60,686 bases of DNA from Priapulus caudatus (taxonomy: Eukaryota). The position numbers were made by a program, and so were the translations under genes. Shown one piece after another: positions 11,301 through 23,300 of this stretch. The stretch is taken from positions 264,948 to 325,633 of the forward strand of contig NW_014577076.1 in assembly GCF_000485595.1 (NCBI RefSeq), in the 5' to 3' direction. How positions within the stretch are numbered: position 1 is the stretch's first letter; each line of letters begins with the position of its first letter. Below the pieces are notes generated by a model. That model made no database searches, was not told the DNA's origin, and worked only from the letters and a program-made list of their open reading frames with translations.

Positions 11301-14300
11301 ATTACAGTATTAGTATTAGTATTAGTATTAAATAAATATAAATTATAACTATCTACCAGTACTATGGTGATGGCTGGCATAAGCCCCAGTAGGCAGTACC
11401 ACACAAACACAAACCTTTACAGTTTTAATGTCTGTGTAAAATCCATCGCCTGATAATTCCACATAAATGGCGATGAAAATTAAAATGCTTTTCTACAACA
11501 CGGTCTTGCCGCAGGCACGCCACTACAAAGTACAAACTCAAAAGACAATACGAATATCGTTAGTTTCGACAACAATAGGTTGACGATAGGTACACGTATC
11601 CATGCTCTACTGACTAAAATCCGTAGAGCTATGGCACATCATCCAGAGGATATATATTATAATACTCGTATGTCGTAAGACGTTGCCACTTGGGTCCTGG
11701 CAGTTGGGAGCAGCTAAATTTGTGCATTTTATTGAAATTGCTATTTCACGTTACTACCGTAGCGTTATTGTTGGAGGGCACAACTAGTTACTGTTTTAGT
11801 GAGTTGGTTTCAGCTTCTCTAGCCAGAACATCTTTAAAAGAATGCTGGTATATCAGGCCCGTAGCCAGGGGGGGTTCGGGGGGTTTCGTTTTTCAATGTT
11901 GGCAATTGCTCGCAGGGCGTGTACAGGATTTGTACCAGGGGGGTCTAACATAACCCCAAGTTGCGAGCACGCGAAGGGGGGTCTGGGCCTCCCCCAGAAA
12001 ATTTTTAAAATTAGACCCCCTCAGATGCGTTTTCTGCGCGAGCAAGGGGGGTCCGACTCCTTGGACCCCCCCAAAACACGCCCCTGCTCGGGCGCGAAGC
12101 GACCAGGCGAGGGAGCCAATCGACCGAGCGGGGAGGTGTGTGGAGGGGGGTGTTCACTGTTCACCTCCGCACGTGAAGATTTGCAATTTATACACTAAAA
12201 TGGAGCGACCTGGGTGAAATTCTTGCAAAATTTTAAAATTATTTTTTTTTGCTTGGTGGGGGTGGGGGGGGACGGGCTCGGGGGGGGGTTCGTTCGAACC
12301 CCCCGAACCCCCCCTGGCTACGGGCCTGGGTATATTATTAAATTCAGTCTACACTAAGGGTGGCACCAGAGGGGCCACGAAAAGCTAGAGCTCAACGGCA
12401 TCAGGGAGCTAGGCTTGGCATCTCATTCGGGGGAAAAATCGGTCATTCGCAGTAAGTCGATGATCCAATTGATCCTTGGTCTAAGCTCTTATGAGCCATA
12501 GTGTTCTCTTTGTATGGTAGGCACTCAATATTGCATAGTTGACTCTAGTAAAACTCTAGTACTAGTAGGTTAAAAACAGTAGGTGGTGCTATTGGGTGTC
12601 AGATATGCTGAGTTTGTGTAATATACTCCCCCAAAAGTTCAATAATGGCTTGACAGACGGTTTCCCACTGGTCCTGCAAATTTACACTTAAAAGCATTTC
12701 TTCAGACAAGTTCAAAATAACTCGCCACCACCAGTGACAGAAATATTAGAATATCACGGTAATAATGAAAATAAGTTATGTTAATAGTTAACAGGATCTA
12801 GCCAGAGAATACCACACTTATAATAATCTTAAGTCGGAGCACAGCAAAACACGCTCTCGGCCGTCAGGACCAGCACAGTAATACCACCCCGGATATTTGT
12901 AATCACTTGTTGGTCTATAGTGCTGTGCTAGTCATAGTAACTTGTGGAAACAATCTAAAGGAAGAAGGGTTGATTTATCTGTATAGATAAGATATATTCT
13001 AATATATCTATATCATATAGTAATAAATATATATAGCAATTCTTTCCTGCTACAAACGCCAGAGATTCATTTATAACACTTGGATTTTTTGGAGGGGGAA
13101 TTCATAGCCCTCAGTTTTTGGCCCCATACTTGCAGCCTCAGTTTGCCCCCCCCCCCTCACTGACCAGCACCCACCGACTCACCACCACCCCCCACGATAC
13201 CACCACCGTCGGAGACCTGTAGCTCCTGTGCCAGGCAACATCTAATGCCATCCCTGGTCTACACCACTGCAATAATGAATTGGCTATACTTTCACTTATA
13301 CACTTTCAGCTGTGCCCAGAAGGTGAAGCAACGGAAGATATAAAATATTTTATTTCTTTTGTATAAGGGGTTGAACAGCTAATATAAGAATAATTTAATA
13401 TGTAGTCACCTTGTAATTATTTGTTTTAGTTCCTCGAAACTTTGATCCGTCATTGCATCCATTCGAGATTCCACGGGAGTACACTAGAGCACTAAATGCA
13501 ACGAAGTTAGAGAGAGTATTTGCCAAGCCATTCATAGGCTCACTTGAAGGCCATCAAGATGGTGTGCATTGCATGCTAAAACACCCTAAAAGCTTATCTA
13601 CAATACTATCTGGTGCATGCAATGGCGAGGTAGGTATATCCAACCTAGTTTAGTACCGTAATTGCAGTAGTAGTCAAAGCATGTTACAGAAGTTTATTAA
13701 AGAATAGTACTGATGAAAGTAAATCTAGGTAAACATTCAATGATCTTTAAACATTTACTCTTTGCCAGTTCGTTTCTGTCAATAGGGCTGATGTAAAACC
13801 ATATTATTACAGGTTAAGGTATGGAATCTTCCAAGCAAGCAATGTCAGAGGTCCATATCTGCACACAGTGGTTTTGTTAGGGGACTTTGCATGCAACCTG
13901 ATTGTCAGAGCTTCTTCTCTGTAAGTAGAAACGTTCACCTATTTTCATAATTGCAGGCTTTCAGAAATCCTAATCTTTCTATTATTTCAACTTTTATTGC
14001 ATGCAAAGCATTGCTAGGATTTTTTTTTATTAGGGACATTTGTGCATCAACAGATTCTCAATTAACTTCAAAAATGTTTTTTGTTTTTTATTTTGCCATA
14101 TTTCATTAATGCATAGCTCCTTTTTGGTTTCAATTTACTATCAGAAAACCTCGATTTTAAACTGATGTGAATTGGTTTATCCAAATCGTAAAACTGATAT
14201 TTAAGATGTTATCTGTGAATACCCACACAGGGTGCAAAATTAACGCGAGTCCGGAGTCAAATACTCCCTAATTTACTGTCGGACTCCCTGATTTGACATA

Positions 14301-17300
14301 TTGAGGTGTCCGTGTGACTCCCTGAAAATTCTGCTATAGTAACTATAGTTTCTTCCAGAGCACAGCCTCGCCGAATTGCCATATTTTTTCAGCAAATGTC
14401 CAAAGAAAATTTGGCAGACGTGCAACCGCATGAATCTTCAAAATTAGCACATGCGTTATTGTAAATATCTTTACTTTTGAACTTCAGCCTGCGGACTCCC
14501 TCATTTTGCTGCAGACTCCCTCTTTTTGAGGGCAGGGAATCTGTTGGATTTCCTTGTTCAAAAGTTAATTTCTACCCCTGCCCACATAGTACTCAGTCCA
14601 ATGTTACAAAGTCACTTAAGAGACAGTACATTATGCTCAGCATAAACTCTGCAATTATCCTTTGCATTGTGCATTAGATAGTGAATAGAGAACTGAGCTC
14701 AACCTATTGTACCCGCTATACATATTACTTATTGTACTTTCTACACAACACCGTGTGTTCACTGCCGTATATAGGGTGCATGTGTATACGCAGCTTACTC
14801 ATACCGTATATAGCTGTGTATCATTAACACTGCACTACAGGTATAATAATTATGCAGTAGTATGAGAGTAGCCTCACTACAAGAACCTGCTTGGTTAAGG
14901 ACTCTTCCAGTAACAAGTGTTGCCTCGTGGAATAAAGAGTCACTGGATGCAACCTTTCTCTGTTGCAACTGCAGACCAACTCTAGTTTGTACGTGTGTAT
15001 GCTACCAGACTCGGTTACAAACTCCCAGGCACATGTATAAGCTCACAACAACAGCAGGCCTTCCATGAACAAAGCCACGGAACACGTTGCACATGAACGC
15101 AAACTATAGTTTCCTCCTACTCGGCTGTAGGACTTGCCCATTTATGTTACTGTCATATTTAACTAATCGCTTTGGATCAGCCTCTTTTGACGCATAACCA
15201 TCACAATGTTTACTGAAATGTGATATATTTTATTGCTTTTTATAGGTAGGAGATGATAAAACTATTAAGCAGTGGAAAATGGAATCACCTGCATATGGAG
15301 AGCTAGAAGAACCAGTCATGACGATTCTAGGAAAGGTGTGAGATGTGCAAGTAGTATCCTATTGTTATATATCCTTATTATTGTCTGTGTATGAAATGAA
15401 TTCTGGATGATGTGAATATGCAATGATAAACATTATATGGACCAGCTAGGAGTAAATAATGTTCCTGATAGTAAAAAATTGCAAAAGAACAGGGTTGCTA
15501 ATTTGAATATTAGCAATTAAATTCCACCCTGCATGGTTTATATCAATAGCTAATAACAGTACAGTATTAACTAGAAATTTACAATAAGAAATTAGGTTAA
15601 TTTTTCACAATAAGAAAGGCATTTTACCATTTAAATTTTTGTGCAACAGTTCAGGTAAATTTCTATCTCGGTGCAGTTATAATTTTGTATAAACATGTTC
15701 TTTGTGGTGCAAACTTAATAATTGAGGAGTTCTCGTGTTGTTTTTTTGCAGACGATGTTTTTGGGTATAGACCACCATTGGAAGGAACCTTTCTATGCAA
15801 CCTGCGGTGATAGGGTGGATATATGGGATGAAACCCGCACAGAACCAATGAGAAGCTTTACGTGGGGTCTCGATAGTATCACATCGTTAAAGTTCAATCA
15901 CGTTGAGGTGTGTTTCGCAAGTGAATAGCAATGAAATGCTTATTATGTACTTAACGTGGTTCATATGTACTAAGACTTACTGTGGTATATTATATATTAA
16001 CCACTTTGTAATGGTAAAAGCTGCCAAAATACTCGTGTTAATAGTTGAGACAGTATACTAATATTGGAATTTTCTTTCTTCATCTATGGTAGATCACCCA
16101 TACAGCTTACCTAAAACAAAGATAGAAATAATATATAACAGACTAGATGCAATGAAATATGATAGCTCCTAAAAGGTTTTGCCAATTTGCATAAATTGCT
16201 TGAGACTCATTCATTTCATAACAGGTTTGATTAAAAGTTGTAATATTTGACCTGTTTGTAAATTTTTTATTGCATTTATTTGCAGACAAATGTACTTGCA
16301 AGCACAGCAAATGACAGAAACATAGTTCTGTATGACATGCGTGGAGCCACACCACTGAGAAAGGTAACGCTAATTCAGAAGCATGATTCCTTGATAGATT
16401 CAGAAGGATTCATTTAATACCATAGGTTGCATGACTTTTTAATAATATTTGAATATATATGTGCATAAAGGATGACAAGAAGGGTGAAAGACCACCATGG
16501 TCAGAGATGAATGTAGCTGTGGTATAACAGTGCAGTTCATTATTTCTCTAACATAGGGTTAATTAGTTGCGATTTGTGATTGTCATAATTTAGTCCATGA
16601 ATAGTATATTCATATAGCATAAAATAAGTAACATGGAAAATGTATGTATGTAAACATTCCATAGCTATATGTTGTTGTTATGCCTCTTGTGTTACTTCCT
16701 CTGGTATATGGATACATCTATATGTGTGAATTAGGTGCATGTTGTTGAACAGACACACAGGCAGACCGATGTCTTTTATTGGGTTGTTGACATGTGAATG
16801 TTACTATGGTGGCAACTCAAACTGTTCATGTAATGTATGTATGTATGTACAATGTAAGGTCATGTAAAGTTGTGTAATATTTTTTGATTCGCTTTGCAGG
16901 TGATTCTGGAAATGCGAAGTAACGCTATAGCTTGGAATCCAATGGAGGCATTCATCTTCACTGTAGCAAATGAGGATTATAAGTAAATCTTACTGCTAAC
17001 CATGTGTGCAAATAGGAACCCCCATTAAAAAAACATGTGTTGGAAAATCGCCTCGAGCAACTGAGTTTCGGCTGGTTGAAAGCCTTTTGTTTACATTTTT
17101 GTCAGCTTTTTTTAAACATCGAAAAAAATGTAAGCCAATACCTCCTCTCATCTCCGTACCATCCTCTCCTGCTATTCGTGTTGGCTTGTGACTCCTTGGT
17201 AAATGCTGTATGTAATCAAGTTTCGGAAATTCTGTGTTCGATGGCTCGTTTTGATGGATGTGTTTTAGCTGAATACATCAACAGCATTGCTTCAGATATT

Positions 17301-20300
17301 AAATGAATATATTTGGATGGATGTTATCAGCTAACAAGCTGACACATCATGGCCATACTTAATTTAGGCAGATTTCTATCATGTTTTTGTACTAACTATA
17401 GTAGCATCATCTCACAATGTTTGGATAGGATTTTATTTTGGTTGATATTTTTTCTTACTTTCTTCCTTGCCACCTGGCTACTGTCAAAACATTGTATTGA
17501 TTATAAACACATTATGGTGTTTGGCAGTTTGCAGTTATGTTTGAAATATGTAGTAAGAAAAGAGCACCGGGTGAAATGAATTACTACTGCTCACATTTAT
17601 GATGGGTGTGCCACATGCCAGCTGTTGTTCTATGACACAACATGAAAAAAATGGTTCTATTTTGAGAGTATGGAGAAGTATATATGTGAAATATTCAAAT
17701 ATATATGTAGTATGTATAAAGATAAGGCAAACCGTAATTGGACAATGTTAAGATTTCACTTATAGCTTTTCTTAAAAAGCTTGCTTTTCTTACAGTCCTA
17801 CCACAAGAAAGTCAGTGTGTCATAATCAGTTGTGTTAGTCTTTGTTTGATTTTTCCTCAGTTTAATCATTTTTGCTCACGATTTGTTTTTCTGTTTGATA
17901 GCCTTTACACATTTGATATGAGAAATCTGTCCTCGCCCACAAATATCCACATGGACCATGTTTCAGCTGGTAAGAAAATATATACCTAATATAATATATA
18001 CTTACCTGTATCATTGTTTACTATTTATAGCAGTTGATGGGTGCTTAATATCAGTAAGTGATGATAAAAGACGTTTATTTGTACCAGTAAGTGACTGTTA
18101 CATAGGCGAGCATGGAATATATTGCATGTTAGCAAGGCTGTTGCCAGATCCTTGTGATTATAGTGGAATTTCTGTTCAATAAGTATTGCTGTTCACAGTA
18201 ACTTTCTGTGACAGATATAGTGGTATCTAATGATTATATATAGTAAATGTAATATATTTCTGTATGGGCATTAACTTTCTGTGACAGATATAGTGGTATC
18301 TAATGATTATATATAGTAAATGTAATATATGTCTGTGTGGGCATGCATGCCTTCATTCTTCATAATTTTTTCTGGAGTATGCACCTATATCAATAACTAA
18401 GATCATTATCTAGTCAGCATTCATTAGTATTTAATGTGTTGTGATTTCAGTGTTGGATGTGGATTATTCTCCAACGGGTAAAGAAATCGTATCAGGCAGT
18501 TATGACAAGACCATACGGATTTTCCCTGCAAACAAAGGAAGAAGCAGGTATGTTGAATGATTTCTATTTACTTGATGAAAAATGTTTTACGCAGCACAGC
18601 ACATGCGTAGTGCAACAAAATTTCTAACCTCACAAAAAGCACATGTAAAAATACTAAATTAAGCTTATTGGCTACATTAGCTGGGTTAGCTTTACAGCCA
18701 AGAGTGTAGAGTGCTGTGTTGATCATAAGCAGTGGTGCCTACCCTGCTATTCATAGCATGCTAGGCACACAACAGTGTTGGACAGTTGTAGCTAAGCTAA
18801 GTTAAGTTGGTTGTTAAGATGCTGTTGAAACCTACATGTGCATGCCTTAAAAACCATTGCCGGTAATATCCATGGCATATAGTTTTTTCTGGTTCTGACT
18901 ATCAGTCTAAACGTGTTGCTATCTAATAGGAAAATGTTTTACTGCTACTTCAGTTAAATCTTTCGAATTGGGTGTGACTGTCATGAGCTGCTGTATATAT
19001 ATATATAGCATGGGTGAAAATATATTTGATTTAAATATTTTTATGTCAATACCTTTTTCATGCTAAATGTTTGTATGCCATAAGAAGTTTATGCAAATGA
19101 TTAAAACAAACAGTGAATGCATTTAAATACATAATTACAAACATCTTTTATTGCAAATTATTATGTACTGAAAATCCCAGGAAGTTTTTAAAAAGTTCAT
19201 CTGCAACAATTGACTGGAGTGTTATCAAACTGCCCGCTTGTAAGCACCGACCCCGTGTTGTTCTTAATAGCTTCCCTTCTTGCCATCGTAATCTGCCTGC
19301 TAGCTATAGGAACAAGTCTTGCTGCATTACTCATCGTCGTTTAATCGAAGACACGTGAGTTTAGCCGAAGGTTAGCACCTATGAATCATCAGTAGTAACA
19401 GGAAGATTACTACCGTAGTGAGCTCGCCCCTAGCGACCAAACCTGCGGCGCTCTTCGTCCTAGCCGACGGCGTAGTCGTTGTCGTCGTCGTCTGGTCGTC
19501 GTCGTCGGCGCTGCAGGTGAGCAGACGCACATCGACGTCGCGGATCGGCGTGGAGCGCGCGGCGGTGACGTGGCAGCGCAGCGAGCCGTCGTCGTAGCCA
19601 TCGAGCGTCAGGTTGCTGCGCTCGCCGGCAATCTGCAGCCAGAAGACGAAGGCAGCCGCGCGGCAGTCGCAGTCGATCGGGTTGCCGCGCAGGTCAAGGC
19701 GCGCGAGCGGCAGTCGCTCGAGCAGCAGCGTCGGCAGCGTGGCGACGGCCTGCCCGCGCAGCAGCAGCACGCGCAGCCGCGGCAGGAACGGCAGCATCGC
19801 GGCGACGTCGGCCGCCGTCGTGCTGCGCGCGAGCTGCGACTCGGCGCTCACGTCGAGCGTGTGCAGGCCCGCGATGCCAGCGAACGCCGGCGCGACCGAC
19901 GCCTCGCCGCCGCAGCCGGCGCAGTCGCGCAGCCGCAGCTCGCCGAGCCGCGGGCAGTCGACGCGCAGCTGCGACGGCGCCCACGCCGTGCGCAGGTCGA
20001 GCGACTCGAGCGTCGCTATGGCGATGTCGCCGCGCAGCGTCGTCCAGTCCTGCGCGGCGAGCACGAGCTTGGTGAGCGGCGGCGTCGCGTCGCCGTCGTC
20101 GACGAGCCGCACGCTCGTGATCTGGTTGGCGGCGAGGTTCGCGTAGCGGAGGCGCGGGCAGCAGGCGAAGGCGGCGCGCAGGCTCAGCGGCACGTCGCGC
20201 GCCACCAGCTCGTTGCTGTTCAGGTAGAGCGCGCGCATGTTAGGGAAGCGCGGTGCCGCTCCCGCGCCCGCCGCCGTCAACTCGTCAACGGTGACGTCGT

Positions 20301-23300
20301 TGTGCGAGAGATCGAGCGACTGCAGCTGCGGGAGTTGGAGTGCCGCTTCGCCGGATCGTGCGGCGGCGGTGATGCAGGTGGCGTGCGCACACGAGTCGGA
20401 CAGGCCGAGCGTGGCGAGGCGCGGGAAGCGCAGCAGCGTGCGCAGGATGCTCTCGTCGCTCGTGCGCTGCCCGTTGAACTGCAGCGTCTCGACGCGCGCG
20501 GCGAGGCCGGCCGCGACTAGCCGCTGCAGGATCTCATGGACGCTGAAGTCGGCGTTCAGCGAGCAGTCGAGGTCGGTGTTGTCGTGGCGACAGAAGCACA
20601 TCTCCGGACAGCGTCCGTCTTCTGCGGCCGTCTCCGTGACGATGGCGTGCAGGAGGATGAGGATGCACAGCGCGACGCGTTGCAGTCGGGCCATGGTGCT
20701 GTCGCGTTTACCGCTGAGTTGAATCTCTCGAAGCCTTCACGAAGAATGGCAGCTGCGGCTTGTGTAGAGTTCCTCGCAACTGGATAGTGTGTGTGGATGC
20801 GCACACGCAGGGGGTCAGGGTAGAGAATGTGCAAGATGGCTTTGAGTACTCATATCACGCACTGGCAATCTCCCGACGGCATGCACACGTGCGTGCGTGA
20901 GCTCTACGAGACGCTAAGATCTGCTGATACGGGGTTGATTCATCGAAGCGAGAGATGAGACTGAAAGCGTCCACCCACTGCCAGGTGTCTGCACATATGC
21001 TGCGGCGCATGGGAGCTGCAGTGCGGAGGGGCGCATAGAAGCAGTGCTCTGTGATGTGTTACGGATAGACTGCGGCTGCTGCGCTTAGCCATATATATAT
21101 GGGGGTTATTTTTAGCAGTGAGCGTAGCTTTTTTTGTTTCTGTCATGCCGCCAAGCAGAATCTCCTGACAACATAAACAAGTTGCGGCATGTGTGTCTCA
21201 GCATGTGAGTGCACAGTGAATACATTCACTATACACATTTTACAGCATATCCAAGGTGCATTTATACATATACATATATACAAGAAAGTGAGCATCCATG
21301 TGCTAGTCCATGCACACACACTTGCACACACGCATGCACACGGGTCTATATGCATTTTGAGAATAACGTACATACACATACGCATACAAGAATACATGCA
21401 CGTATGAACACACACGCGTGCACATTCGCCCAGGTTTGCATGTATTTAGAGAAATGATGCACATACATATACACAAACAATTGTACATATTACATCCATG
21501 TGTCCTTGCATGCATGCACACGCACATGAGTCTGTGTGCATTTAGGGGAATTTTCTATTTCATGTGTTGGTTTCATTATATTCAACTAAATATAGAGTAT
21601 TTGTTTTGCAGCAACTGACACAGATTGTAAACAATTTTACATACACAGTGACAGATGTTCAGTGCTATCATGTTTTCTTAATAATGTTCACACGTGTACA
21701 ATGGCTACTAAGTAAGTTATTTGTCCAATTACACATGCAGGGTTTGGGAAATAAGCAGCTGCAGCTGCAAGATGTTTTTGCCCAAGAAATTTAACCTTGA
21801 TCTACTACCATAAGTAGCCCTTTTGCTTATATATATATATTTATATATGTTGTGCTGTTTTGTCTTGGACACGTTTAAATTAGGTCTACACTACATGAAG
21901 GCCGTCTTCTATAAAAAAAAACCTCACCGATTGTCACGCGCTCACATATATTCATGCACTTTTATAAACGACTGTGTTAAGCAACCCATTGTAACTATTT
22001 TGCCAGATAACAGTAACATGTCATTAAGCAGTAAATGAATGCCATGGGTGTATCCAGGATTTTTTCTGGGTGGGTCGTGATCATAATTTTTTGGATCTTT
22101 TCACAATGAAATAGCAGCAAGATGTGATTACAATGTCAATACAATCAGGGGCGTGTACAGGATTTGTACCAGGGGGTGTACAAATCCCTAACCGTAACCC
22201 AAACTTGGGCGAGCACTGCGAAAGGGGGGGTCTGGGGGCGGCCTCCCCATAAAATTGTTGAAATTAGACCTCCTTAGAGTGCGTTTTCTGCCGCCGACAG
22301 GCGGGGGGTCCGCGGGACCCCGCTGCGACGCCCCCCAGCCCCCCTGTACACGCCCCCTGACAATTTAATTTAAAAAAAAAAAATTTTGTTTAAAAGAAAA
22401 AATTTATCAGGTTTAACAAAAAAGTTTTTGGATCTCAGTTGAAAACAGAGTTGTTTTTGAACTTTTTGTCTTTAATCTTGATCTTATCCAGTCTTGACTT
22501 GTCTTGTCTTTGTTCTTTGTCAGTCGTTTGTCTCTCTTTTATGAAACAAAATTTTGTATTAAAAAAGGGCTCAGTTTCAGAATTGCCCTGGAACTTGGGT
22601 AGATTACGTCACGCCACAGTTCCGCGCAATGGTCTTTGACTTCATTGCTGGCTGCCAGCCTGAATTCTTTTTCATTTATGTATGTAAAAAGGCCCTCGAA
22701 AAAAAATGTCTTTGGAAAAAATGTGGACCTTTTAAAATTTTGGGGGGGTCGTACGACCCTCACGACCCCCCCCCCCTGCATACACCCATGTAATGCTACT
22801 GACATTTTACTAGCTTTTGTAGCAGTGTTTCTGTTTTACATGTTATTGTTGTAGAATGTAAGCTTCATTTGGATTCTGATGCACAGGGGTTTTAATTCGG
22901 ACCTGGTTGACCTGCTGTTTGGTTGACTATGTTCTTTGGCTAATGCTGCAGGGAGGTGTACCACACGAAGCGGATGCAGCGGGTCACCTGTGTGCGCTGG
23001 ACGATGGATAATAAGTACATCCTGTCCGGATCGGATGAAATGAACATTCGAATCTGGAAAAGTGCGGCATCAGAGAAGCTTGGAGTGGTATGTGCTGACA
23101 TGGATGTAATTCTTACAGTTGTATGTTCAGCTGTAGTTTAATCATTTAATCACTTCTAATTGGTAATATTAATTATGGAGAATAATCTGCCTATAACAAA
23201 AGGTTTTCAGATATGTAGCCTAAATATTATTATAATCTACATATTTCATTTGACAATATTTTTAATATAAAATAATTCGTGTATCTTGAGACTTACTGGC

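Noticed and set aside
13711..13791. Possible intronic box C/D snoRNA (TGATGA...CTGA) in DCAF13 intron 2
   Set aside because: There is no terminal stem, box D is only ~20 nt from the acceptor, and I see no convincing guide. An Infernal or snoscan hit would be needed.
19410..20787. Long overlapping ORFs (e.g. 19570-20520 +, 19613-20146 +)
   Set aside because: These are shadow ORFs caused by the very high GC of the real minus-strand LRR gene; they have no recognisable domains.
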